A DNA stretch of 63,065 nt, counting the filler, from Polymyxa betae A26-41 (taxonomy: Eukaryota; Protista; Endomyxa: Phytomyxea): the NCBI GenBank assembly GCA_003693705.1. It is 8 parts of 8 records of this genome, joined end to end, with 100 filler letters (N's around TTAATTAATTAA, not from the genome) between each part and the next. Parts side by side here need not be neighbours in the genome. Positions count along the whole stretch, not along the records: positions 31,575 to 44,672 come from RBZT01000961.1; positions 44,773 to 55,636 come from RBZT01000465.1; 6 more parts are not named here. One strand, given 5' to 3'. Shown in pieces: positions 37,640-49,652 of this stretch. Position 1 is the first letter of the stretch. The number at the start of each line of letters is the position of its first letter. The position numbers and the translations under genes were made by a program. The notes beneath the pieces are model-generated. The model ran no database searches. It saw nothing but the letters and a program-made list of their open reading frames with translations, and was not told where the DNA came from.

Positions 37640-40600
37640 ATGGAAGACGCTGCTCCTGGCTCGTTAGTTTGGTGCTTTCAGCAACGAAAGCCGATTGCAA
37701 GGGTCCAACTTCTACAGGAGGAAAATGACCTGTACCAACATCGTGGCATGTTACATGGGAACGAAATCAATCTATCGACACATAGAGCTGTCCGAGTATC
37801 AAGTTTGATTGATAAAGACAATTGCCCCACGGTTTCCACAACAACATCAAACGAAGAATGTATCTCGCAAGGTCTCCGCTTCATTGCAGAGCTAAGAGAT
37901 TTATCTGCTGATAATTCAAGCAAGAGTAAATTCTGAAAGTGTAGTTTCCAAGAGACTGAGGGTTTTGCAGGCAATCGAAAGCGCACGCGTGACATCGATT
38001 TGTCTAGCGAACGAGATGCATATTGTCCCGGCCGTTGTGGAGGGATCATTCAAAGAAAGGACCATTAACAGTTGAAATTTAAAAAAAATTTCGAATGCCG
38101 ACCCCGTCTTCTCTGACCCCTGAACGCCGAGCTTTCAGGCAGCTAATTCGAGATCAGATAATGTTAAATAAGTAACAGCCTGAATTTACCAGATGACTGC
38201 GCTAACGAGGCTTGTGCAGAATGTCTCGTGAGACCATAAGTGCTGACGCCGAAAAGCTACCCAGTGAGATCAACAAGCAATTCCCGCAAGCGTGCGCCGA
38301 TCTCGCCATGGTGAAGTCTGGTGAGTCATAATGTAACTTTGTCCTTATGTACAGTAAGTCAAATGAGCTTGACAGAGCTAATGGAAAAGTTTTCGGACAT
38401 GAAAGCAAAAAAGGTCAAAAAAGCCCAAGCCGAGAGCAGCGAGGTCGAGAATCATTATACCTTCCCATCAACATCGCTTGGCATGTTGATGAGCTCAATT
38501 TATGATGAGTTCGAGCAAAAAGGCAGTGTTGATTTGGTCGAATTTGATATTGAGAGCCCGGGCGGATTAAAATTTCGACAGTCGATCGTACAACTGTTTG
38601 AGAAAAAGGCAAACTCCAATCCAAACAACGGCCTTAAAATCTACAATAAACCTGTAAAATGTTGAGTCCAAGATATTATGGGGTCAAAGGGTGACATTTC
38701 GGGTACCTAGCTAACACATTGGATTGCTTTCATTAGTGGCAGTATCGTCCCATGAAGCTGAAGAGAACGGAAAATGGGGAGCAAAGACGCTGTTGGTGTT
38801 TATCACATCGATGTGCAGGCAAAGTGAGATACCCAGATACATACAGAAAACATCAGATGGATGATATTCTGCTACGAGAAAACCACCAGCTCGATGACAC
38901 TATTTGCCAAAAAAGTAGAATAGCCATTGGCCAATGCAAATGGACGAAAGTGAAAGTGTAAGCGATTGACATACTGGCATAGGTGATAGCATTGAAAACT
39001 ATGAGGTTTCCGCAGACGAAATGGGGGACAATCTACCTTCGGAGAGCTTCAGCGTTCCTGATCATGACATCCCGGACGACATAGGTCAGTCAACTTCACC
39101 AATTGCAAGACAACTATGATAACGTACGTCAGATGATTTTACGGCTGACATAATTTGCACGCCAGAAAGTTCTGTTGCAGAATCTGATCATTTCTTAAGC
39201 TCAGAGGATGACCAATGCGAGAACGGTGACGATCTGGGAGATGAAGAGCAGTCGAATGCTTCTGTATCAGGGTCGTCGATCGACACTGGTCGAATCCCTG
39301 CTGCTGAAAAACGGAAAATTGACTCGATTGATGATCTGGCCTTCAGATTTGAGCGCGATATTGTTCGAAGAATGAACGATGCCAGAGCTCTACTACAAGA
39401 ATCAACTTGTGTGCATGGAAATCAGCTGAATGAACTAGGCATTGGTACCCTACAGCATCTAGAGACAATCAAAATCAAGATTATGCAGTTCGCAGACGAG
39501 AGCATTCGTGCTCGTGTCAACAGCAAATGCCCCCTTTGATGAGCTGCTTGTAATGTACCTGCAGGAGATGTCCACTAGGCCCGATGATGAAACTGGTGCT
39601 GGAATTAAGATATACAAAAGCTTTGTAAGAAAATTGGAGCCAAGCTAAACAGACCGTGCTCAGAGATATATTCCTCTCACTGAAGCCAATCTCTTTGGAA
39701 TCATGCCCTCATGGTCACTGCATCTATGTTCTCCAGCTCGAGGACGCAAAGTGCTGCCTTGTTTGCCATGCTTTAAGAGAGATGTCGAAATCGTTTCTAT
39801 ATTGGCCATTGTCATTCGATATCCAGGTACGAAAACATCCTTAGACACTCATAATTTCAAATGCACTCTAGCTTCGATTTGCATGCCATTCAATAGCGAG
39901 CCTATTCTGGCAAGGCTTCACTGATATCGAGAAACTGGTCGAAAAATATCAAGCATCGCAGTTAAAGGAAGAAGTAATGACGGATTGGATGCATGGCGAT
40001 CTCTTCTATGATTTCTATGTCCCTTTTCATGCATCAGAGTCCAACAGTGAAGAAAATGCAGGTATGGTCCTTTATCGGGTCACGATTGGTCCCATGAAAT
40101 GAAATCAGATATTGAAACTATGACATTCGCATTATCACATTCTTACGATGGCGCGAAAGTTCATAATTCATCAAAAATTTCGGTTTGGCCTCATCTGATC
40201 TCATATCTAACATTGCCAGCGCATGCCAGATGCAAACCATCCTCGGTCGTAATGACTTCATGCTCATACTTCTCAAGCCAGGCGTTTTCCGAATTGCTGG
40301 CACATGAGTTGAATATGATCAACAAACATGGGCTATATATCTTCGACGTCAGCAAATCTAAGTTAATCAAGGTTCGTCTAGCAAGCCTTTAAATAATCTT
40401 TTCAGATTGGGTTTAGGTCAAAATGATACTTCTGGCCAGCATTGCAGATCTACCTGCTTGGTCTAAAGCCTTGAAGAAGCAGGATTTTCAAGCGTCAATG
40501 GCATGTATATGTAAGGCGAAAGGTACCCGCTGCTTTCGGCGAACCTGCCGCCTCGGTTCGTATCAGTTTCTGCCTAAAGATCATCCAATCAGAAAACGTA

Positions 40601-43600
40601 TCCATACTCCCGCTTGGTTGGGTTGCGACCGTAGAACATTGGCACCAGCATCTTTCACACGTGAAGAAAATGCTGGCAAAAGGTAATCTTGACAGTAGAT
40701 CCGAAGTTTTCTAAAAAAAAGATCTGCTATTTCCAGGGTCAGAGTCTGAAAATTACGAGCTGCGTAAGGTGGCTGAATCTTTAGAACTGCTTCGAAAGGC
40801 TCCGAAGAATTGGAAACCATATGACAGAACTAAGGATAAAAAACATCCATACAGGACCTCTGGTATCTATGGCGTCGATGCCTTTTCAAAGAATTTGACA
40901 TTCCCATGGGATTCCAGCCGTCAGTTTAAATCGGACTACATGCATCATCTCGGGGAATGCCTTCTTAAGCTCTTTAATTGCTTACTAAATTGGCTTAGAA
41001 TGTGGCGAAGACGTTAATAGAAGCGCTGGATTGTGAGGCCGGGGGCTCGGGCCTGGTGTTCGATAATGATGCTCGCGATGCCGAACAAGCCTTAAAACGG
41101 CTTCCTGAAGTTTGGGATTACAGCGCGCGTCTGCCATGGTCCCTGATTACAGGCAGCCGTGCAGAGATCGCTCATCGGCTGAAGCGTCTAAGAATGCCTC
41201 ATGGTAAATTTGAGAAATCATCATAATGCTGAGTATGATCATGTTCTTCGCAGGCTGTGCCGATTCGTTCCATCCATATGTTTCGTCGCAAGTCCTGGTC
41301 AAAAATTCTCAATGGCACTTGATGCTGCACGGTTTGTTCAAATTCCTGACAAGAGGCCTTTTCGGAAAGGAAAAGATTGCCTGCGATTTCCAAAAAGCAT
41401 TGTATTTGTTTTTTGACAGGCTATCGAAATGTTTCTGTTTATTGATGAAGCGGTCGGATCTTGAACGACTTCATATCGAATTGACCGAGGCATTAACATT
41501 ATTGGAGGAGGTAGACCCTGTCTTACCGCTGCAATCAAACCCTGAAGCTTTTTGCAGAAAATCCCCAGCATGCTGATGACGCTCCCTGTTCATTCTACTC
41601 TTCATATTGTTCCTTATTTGATTCAGGATCTGGGACCGATGACCGGTTCCTCATGGAACTTTTGGTCGGAAAGGTTCATGAGGCCGATTAAATCCATGAG
41701 TCATGCTTCAAGAGGGCAGTCAGTCAACATTATGAAGAACTATTGCGAGCAGGTGGTGATATCATGCTTTAGGCAATCCAAATGATTCATTTATCTGTAA
41801 AATAATATAATCATCTTGTGCTATCAGATACCAGCATCACGAACGATTCTCCAGTAGCTCTGACCGGATATGGACCTTCGGGGAGTCCAGCGCTACAGGA
41901 GATGCTAACTTGGGTGCAGTACAGATCACATCTTTCCAGTTCGTGCCAACCGACTTGCTGATAGGTATCAACCTCCACTACTCTGCAATGAAGCTAGTAC
42001 TTACATCACATATTTTCTTACAGGTAGGATGCGTGAAGAACTTTAGCACAAGAACGAATACTACCGCCTTGCAGTTCTGGCTGTGAATGCAAAACTTGCT
42101 ACTCCCTTCAGTATTACAAGATTGGAGACCCAGCCTATCGTGTTTTTTCAACGTCATAAGCAAGCGATGACACAGTATCTCATAGAAGCAGATTTTGAAG
42201 TTTTTCTGATTTCTGCTCTCCAAGGTAAGTTTCGGGTAGCCTATTTGATTGACGAGTGCAATCTCGAGTCTCTGGTTTTTAGTTTTCTTTAACAACTTCT
42301 TTTCGTGCTTGGGATAGATTATCTAGCGTAGTTCAATAAACGGCTTACATTCTATTATGACTTTATTCAATTTCTTTGAGAGATTGCAAATCAATTTAAC
42401 AAAGAATGGTAGCATGTTGTTATAGGAGAGCTTTCTATTGTCAATCGTACGATCCATCGTGGAAGGCTCTTTCGCTCGAGAGACTATGAAAGGAAAAGAG
42501 CTTTGCAGACCAGCAATCACATGATGCAGATTCGGGTAGCTGGATCTCAAGGCCAAGAATCTGTTTGGTTTGGGGCTGCCAACTGGTTTACTAAGCTCAA
42601 AATCAAAGATGGAGTTGAGCTCATGATTGCATATGTTGACTGGTATCGATCTCCAGACAGAAAAGGCGAGGGATATTCCACTGATCCAGAGACCAGCTTA
42701 TTCGTGATAGAGCCAATGACTCCTGCAGAGAACCGAAAGTGGTCGCGATGGGTGTTCATGGAGAATGTAGAGCCTATCAATATAATGCTGGGAAAGCTAC
42801 AAGGACATAAGGGCTATTTTGTGATTCGAACCAATCGAGCTGACGAATTCTGATGCTAGATATTCAAGCATGAATGGAATAACAGGCATCTTGGAAGCAA
42901 ACTATAGTAGGGGGTCAATGCTAGACTTTATTAGAATTAAATTGTGAATTTTTCCGCCAATGAAGAAAGAAGATAAAAGGAGATAACAAAGAACATAATT
43001 CAAAATAGAAACAGAAGAAGGCAAGCAAACGAAGATAATAAATATCGCTGGCCAACATCTCGAATACCATACCAAATATGGCCAATCTATACATAAATAC
43101 AATCGCTAAAATATTAGTGAAGTGAATAAAGAAACATTAGTGAAAGATGGTAAATCCAGGCTTTGATAGCAGAGTCGATATATTACCTGCCGCATAGGGT
43201 CGCCGATCTCGAAGACGGGTTGCTCGAAAATAGGCCAAACATGGCCAACCTATACATGAATACAATCACTAAACTATCAGTAAAATGAATAAACAAGATT
43301 TAGAGAAAGAAAGTAGATACTGGCTTTAATAACAGAGTCGATATAGTACCTGCCGCCTTTGATAGGGACGCCGATCTTGAAGACCATCTGCTCGAATAGA
43401 GGCCAAACATGGCCAACCTGTACATGAATACAATCAGTAAACTATAAGAAAAGTGTATAAACAAAAAATTAGAGAAAGAAAGTAAATATTGGCTTTAATA
43501 AAAGAGTCAATATAGTACCTGCCGCCTTGATAGGGACGCCGATCTTGAAGACCATCTGCTCGAATAGAGGCCAAACATGGCCAACCTGTACATGAATACA

Positions 43601-44210
43601 ATCAGTAAACTATAAGAAAAGTGAATAAACAAAATTTGGAGAAAGAAAGTAAATACTGGCTTTAATAACAGAGTCGATATAATACCTGCAGCCTTGATAG
43701 GGACCCGATCTTGAGACCAGTTGCTCGAGTAACAGGCCAGACAGTACCTATCTATACATGAAAACAGTCAGTAAAAGATTGTAAACAGAATGAAAAGCAA
43801 TTGGAAAAACAAAGCCAGTATTGGCTTCAATAACAAATTCGATAAAGGACCTTTCAATTAGGTAAAGATACCTGTGATCGGAATCATGAGCCTTTCACTG
43901 CACCCAGTAACAGAACCAGAACGTCTCCAAAAAAGACATGAATATTAAATCATTTTTTCAACAGAACTTTTTTATTCTCATTTTGAAAAGCAGAATTTTG
44001 CAAAATGAAAAAACGCTGATCTCAAATTTGGACTAAGGCAGGAAAATGCGACTTCACATCCGTCGAAGCTCGCAATTCCGCTACGCAGCTCTAACAATTC
44101 GCAGGATAACGCAGAAAGGATTCTGAAAAGCAGTATTACGCTGGGTGTCCGCAGAAATATGCGTAAGACCGCGTGTAAAGGCAGCTGTCCTCCCTTCCTG
44201 TGTACAGTGT
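37640..44210 (+). mobile_element. CACTA/EnSpm (CMC)-like DNA transposon: Tnp1-like fragment 37640-37936, spliced and partly frameshifted transposase 38752-42853, tandem array, probable right end near 44202-44209
   Basis: CWCLSHRC..H, CPHGHCIY..CLVC, SYDG..SVWP, IADLPA, DYMH, H..LH, WNFWSERF, AYVDWY; subterminal CGCAG-rich repeats ending CCTGTG/CAGTG (CAC-type end); left TIR not found. Confidence 0.78.
43070..43860 (-). repeat. ~168-bp tandem repeat, about 5 units, each an exon-intron-like module on the minus strand
   Basis: GGCCAAACATGGCCAACC at 43233, 43401, 43569; diverged units near 43070 and 43735. Confidence 0.92.
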
Positions 44211-44963
44211 CAGAAGTTATAATCGCTTCTATTATGAAATTTTAAGGGTATGCTGGACCGATCAGAAGGGCGTCAGCAAGGGAGTCACGCCAACGTCAAC
44301 TCTGTAGCCCATCATGTCACTACAGAGTTGATAAACGGTCCGTTGTTGATCCAATGAGATAATAACTGGCTGTTGTCTTCAGAGTAATTAGTGCGGACCA
44401 TACTAATTGGGGGTCTCCCAATTTCAAAAAATGCACAGCATTTAGAGGGCGATTCAAGTACCGTACCGTACCGGAAGTCTTAATCCTCATGTACTGCCAA
44501 ATTGATTTCAGTTAGAGATATCTGTCAACCGATCCTCCTTAACTGTACCGATATATAAACTAGCGATCACTTCGCCCTTTGTTCTGCTTTGTGTTCTACG
44601 CTCGTGTTCTGTTTGGTTATAGGCCCAGTTCGCGCTCTGTTCATCGTCCCTTCCTCTTTGAATCTTTGTATCNNNNNNNNNNNNNNNNNNNNNNNNNNNN
44701 NNNNNNNNNNNNNNNNTTAATTAATTAANNNNNNNNNNNNNNNNNNNNNNNNNNNNNNNNNNNNNNNNNNNNTGATGATGACCACGACGAGCCGGCGGAC
44801 GAGCCCGAGGTACCTGAACACAGGCCGGGCTATGACTCCGCCCCTACTCCCGCCCTTGCCCGACTTTCGGGCCCGCCTGTCCTCCCGCCGGCGCGTTGAC
44901 GCCGTTCCCGGCCGCCATAGTTTTGGCTCTTAGCCGCTAACCGAAATTAATACACTTAAAAGT

Positions 44964-45036
44964 ACCTAACCCTAAACCCTAAACCCTAACCCTAACCCCT
45001 AACCCTAACCCTACCCTAACCCTAACCCTAAAACCC
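44964..45036 (+). repeat. Telomere-type repeat tract, mixed CCCTAA/CCCTAAA
   Basis: About 11 consecutive units, ~190 bp from the contig start. Confidence 0.9.
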
Positions 45037-45845
45037 AGAAATGTGATAATTGATGAAAATTCTTTCCAGCCAGAACCAGATCAACCTCCAAGCAAGGTTC
45101 GAGTTTGTTCCGAATCGTGCTCTGGTGAGCCCCAATCTGCATATAATAGTGTATGATGATAAGCGGGCGAATTGATAGCTCATAATATACAAGCCAAGAC
45201 ACACATAAAGCAGCATTTCAATTACAAAATTGAAGTCAGTTACGTGAAGATAATGATTTAGAAAACTGAGAGCAGAACGTCCTTTAAGTTTGGGAAACTG
45301 AATATAAAGAGATATGATTTCAGCTTTTGTGTGAAGAGGGATTGCAGTCGTCGTGATTGTTAGGCCCAGAGAGGGCGACGAGACGCCGGTTGGGATAACC
45401 ACTTCATACATCAGACGTGGCTTGAGCCATCTAAAGCCGCGCTCAGCATGAAGATGGCGATCGACACTGCTCCTTCACATCAAGGGATGATATTCAGATC
45501 AGAAAATATCGCAATCGATGGATGTGCTGGGAGCTATTCTTGATACTGCAATAGTTTTGGAAGGAGCAAGGATTTAAGTGTTCTGAAACCCTTTCTTCAT
45601 TGCCATCTCATTTCCAGTTCTCTGTTAATTCGAAAAGATCGAATTGCTGAAAAAAAGAGAGAAACCCATGAAAGAGTGGGTAAAGACAAGGGCAATATAC
45701 AACGATTAAGAATTCGAAAATCACTGTGTCTTCCAGTAAGCCGATGCTTAAATATGCAATCCCTTTCCATGTGAATATTATGCTGTTATTCGGAATCATC
45801 TACAGTTTTCATAAGGATAGTAACTCGCTCCGTTTTGTTGATCGG

Positions 45846-45920
45846 ATTCGATTTGACTAGTTCGCTGATTTTATGTCAACAGGCGGCGCCTTTTCCAGGA
45901 CGCAAGGCTTGAAAATTCGA
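45846..45920 (-). mobile_element. Diverged 3' fragment of the same SINE family
   Basis: GACTAGTTCGCTGATTTTATGTCAACAGGCGGCGC matches 31242-31277. Confidence 0.7.
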
Positions 45921-46532
45921 GCAAAGAGCCTGTTTTGTTGATCGCAAACCCGCGACAGCCCCAGATATGCCACATTATACTCTACAGCTAGATGAAAACA
46001 ACGTTCACTAAATAAAACCAAGCTTCACAGCCCTGCTCTGCGACCCGATCAGCGTGCTGACGATTTCACATTTGATCTTGTCAGCAGAGTCGATCTACAG
46101 GCCAGCGAATGCAGATCGCACTTTACCAGATTTCAGTATGATCGTAGAGCTTTACGATTCGTGAATACGTTCTGTATTAGACATTCTCCATCTGGCCATT
46201 GGCAAACTGTAATGGCGTCTGAATCGAATCTGGGCGAATCGCTCTTTAAGCTATGAGAGAGAGAGAGAGAGACGAGACCCTGCTTTAGGGAGCGCAACCT
46301 TCTGCCGCAGCCTCCCATAATGAATCAGAGCTCTCTCTCGTTTGGCCATTTCGATGAAAAATGGAATGGATTCGTAGTCGACAGACCCGGCCATGATAGC
46401 CTCCAGCGCCTAATCTGATCACCTGATCGTCTATGTGATCACTTTGAAAAAATCTGACTGCCTGTCTTGTACGCGTGCCCATGATCAGCTCGTCGACCAA
46501 CATCATATTAATAGGGACTCGGCGGCGCCATC

Positions 46533-49309
46533 ATGAGCAGCTCCAATTGTCAGCCCGCCATCAAGTATACATCTCCCGACATCGCCTTGAGTATGAAACT
46601 CGCTATGCTTTCCTGCCGAGCCCTAACCCTAGCCCATATAGAACTGAATAAGAGCCTTGGTTCTCGAGCTGATCGCGCTACCTTAATCGAACGTTCTATC
46701 CTCAAAGGTTTGCTGTTGCTGGATGCTATTATTATCTGTAATGATGCTGATAGATCCTGATGATATTCGAATGACGATTCGAGACCGAAGCAAAACTCTG
46801 GATGGCTTGCTGGGTAACCGCCCTTCCCGGGATCGCCTTCAGCGCCTGAACGTCATCAAGGAAGATGATCATGTGGCTCCTGGCCTTATCGCTACTAGAG
46901 ACAAACTTCAAAAGGCTCAAAATAAGGTCTGTTATGTCATTCGTGTTTCTTGTTTAGCGCTTTTTGATGTGATTTTGCAATTATTCCAATTGCTTTTGTC
47001 GCTCTGGTGATCGTATTGCTTTTTTTCGATTTGCTAAGGCTATTTTCCTGCCGTCGTTATTTCCTGTCACACTTTGTTTATTACTCAACTTTGTTCGAAT
47101 ATGTTTTTGGAAAATCTTGCTCTTTTCATTGCTGCGAGCTGCTTTCATAAAAGTCTGTTATGACAATCATTGCTATTTGTATAATTTGAGTTTGCGTATG
47201 CTCTTACAATGTTATGCTTGCTGTTTGCTTTATGAGAATGAGTTTTGAATTGTCGTTCTTTAGGAAAAGTTGGAATCATTCTTGATGAATCGACCCGAAC
47301 ATGGCAGTCTACGAGATCGTCGAATCTTGGTGGATGGGAAGGATGCAACATCCAGCGCGCGCTCGAAACTCGAAAAGCTTATGGCCGATCGTCCGAACGT
47401 CCAATCGCTGGTTGAGAAGAACATTCTTCAATCGGCACCGGCCGCCTTGGACAATAGCGACGCTTACGTTCTGGTTCCTCAGCAGGTCCAAGCGCTCATC
47501 TCTGCCCGAATCGTCTCGGTCGGTGTTGGCTGGTCGTACACTGTCGCCCTCGACGACCAAGGCCGCGTCTACAGCTTCGGCAGCAGCGATAATGGTCAGT
47601 CGTTTAACTCTGATATTTTCTTACCGCTCTGTAAAACAGTTGCATGGTTTCTTTCATTTTTGCCTTTCTATTTTCGATTGTTATCGCTTTGAATCCAAAT
47701 TCTTTGAAGTTGGATGCTTTCGCCAAACTCTAGATTCAACACAGCTTCTTTTCCTTGATTTCTATTACCTTTGCTTTTCAATCAATCCTAGCCATATTGC
47801 TCTAACTTTTTTGACACTGGATTTTGTAACCGTCCTGTAAACTAATTGCTCATAGTTGTATTTTTTTCTATGTTTGCAATTAAATCGAGTGTTTTCTTTG
47901 GTTTGATTGAAAATCTGAAACCATTTCTTTGCGCTGATTTATTCTGCCATCAGGTCGGCTCGGTCAAGGCTCGAATAGTCAGACAGCAGCATCACCGCAA
48001 CCTATTGCAACTTTACCACCAGTAAAGTCCATCTCCGTCGGGGTCAACCATGCCGCCGCTATCACCCGTTCAGGGCAGCTCTACGTCTGGGGTGAAGGCC
48101 AGTGGGGCCGGTACGTCCTTTTTCTCCGTATCTCTGCAGTCGTTAAGTGTACATTAGACTGGGTCTCGGAATGCCGGATGATCGTAGCGAACCGACATTG
48201 GTAGATCCAGCCGCCTTCGGTGGCGCAAATGTTACGGCTGTATCGTGTGGCGCATATCACACTTTGGCGTTGACCGACTCGGGACGTGTTTTTGCCTTCG
48301 GATGGAACAAATTCGGTTCGACATGTGCTGGCCAGCTGTCGGCTTGGCGACTAATTGCGAGACAGGCCGCCTTGGACTTGGTGATATGAAAATTCTGACA
48401 GTCGATACGCCGCAGGAGATCACAGCGCTTGCTGAGAAGCGTATCAAGCAGATCTGCGCGGGTGGTAATTCATCCGCCGCTCTCTCTGGTGAGTAACTCG
48501 CCTTGGTTGAAACCCTAAACCCTAACGCGTTCGTACAGAGTCTGGTGAGCTCCTGACTTGGGGCTGTGGATCGTTCGGCGTTCTCGGCCATGGCAACGAA
48601 GACAATTTGTGGGTGCCGCAAACCGTCTCTGGACTGCCGCCTGTGCATTCTGCTGCGCTGGGCGAGTACCACCTGTTGATTATGACCCAAGTCGGGGAGC
48701 TATATTCTTGCGGTCGTAACGATTACCATCAGCTGGGCTATGATGGCGTCAGCGTCTCCCGCCCTCTCAAAATCGGTTTGTGCTGCCATTGGTTTCAGAA
48801 TTTCCTCTTCATTTTTGAGCATTTTCTTGCTATTTACGATTGTTTCGTTTTCGTTTATCTATTAGATCGATGCTCTTTGCTTTTCATTTGGTTCTTTCTC
48901 ATGTGACTTTCTGTCAAACTTTTTTTTATCTTCATATTGCTGTTCTTGATTGGGGTCTGCTGCTCTTTTCGTAGCAGACCCAAGAATTTTTCCCAGCCGG
49001 CAATGCTTGATCTGTTTGTTACAATATTGCGATCTCAATGTGTGCTCAGGCGACGGCATCAAATCAGTTTTTGCTGGGAAGCAATATTCTTTAGCAGTAG
49101 CGACGTCCGGGCAGTTGATGACCTGGGGCCGAGGTTCATATGGAGTCCTGGGTCATGGAGATCAGCTAACCAAGGATATCCCTACTCTGAATTCAGCGAC
49201 AGGAGTTCGCGTTGCATCCGGTGCTGTCTCACATTCGGCGTTCTGCACGGAATCTGGCGCTCTATTCACTTTTGGTAATCGTGGTGCCAACGGCCAACTT
49301 GGTCTTTGA
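46533..49309 (+). CDS. RPEL-repeat (x4) plus RCC1-repeat protein; multi-exon
   Basis: RPEL-like: LNKSLGSRADRATLIERSILK, LDGLLGNRPSRDRLQRLNVIK, LESFLMNRPEHGSLRDRRIL, LEKLMADRPNVQSLVEKNIL. RCC1 blades: VGVGWSYTVAL..GRVYSFG, VSCGAYHTLALT.SGRVFAFG.NKFG, GELYSCGRNDYHQLG, GQLMTWGRGSYGVLGHG. Confidence 0.85.
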
Positions 49310-49652
49310 AAGAATCGACATTGGTCGTTTCGGTATGGAGGAATAAACATTGCTCACTGTGTTTTTGGGTGACTTGTTTTCGCTTTGACTGTAACATTAC
49401 ACATTGCCTGTGGTATATCCGCCCTATGATAAACATTAGACTTCAATCTGACTAAAAGGACATGGCCCTAATAATCAATGTTACTCTATCGTATTCCAAT
49501 GACGCCTTTTGCGTGGGCAATCATATGGGTTAGGGTTTTTGGGTCCGACGTAATTCAGTCCATGAAATCTTGATTCTGCCAGCTTATAAAATATCCAGAG
49601 GCAGCGATGAAATATAATGATGCAATGCTGCTTTATTACAGAGATCAAATAT

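Noticed and set aside
43070-43860. Possible CRISPR-like or snoRNA array
   Set aside because: Units are similar along their whole length with no unique spacers, no cas genes, and no clear C-box (RTGATGA) in the introns
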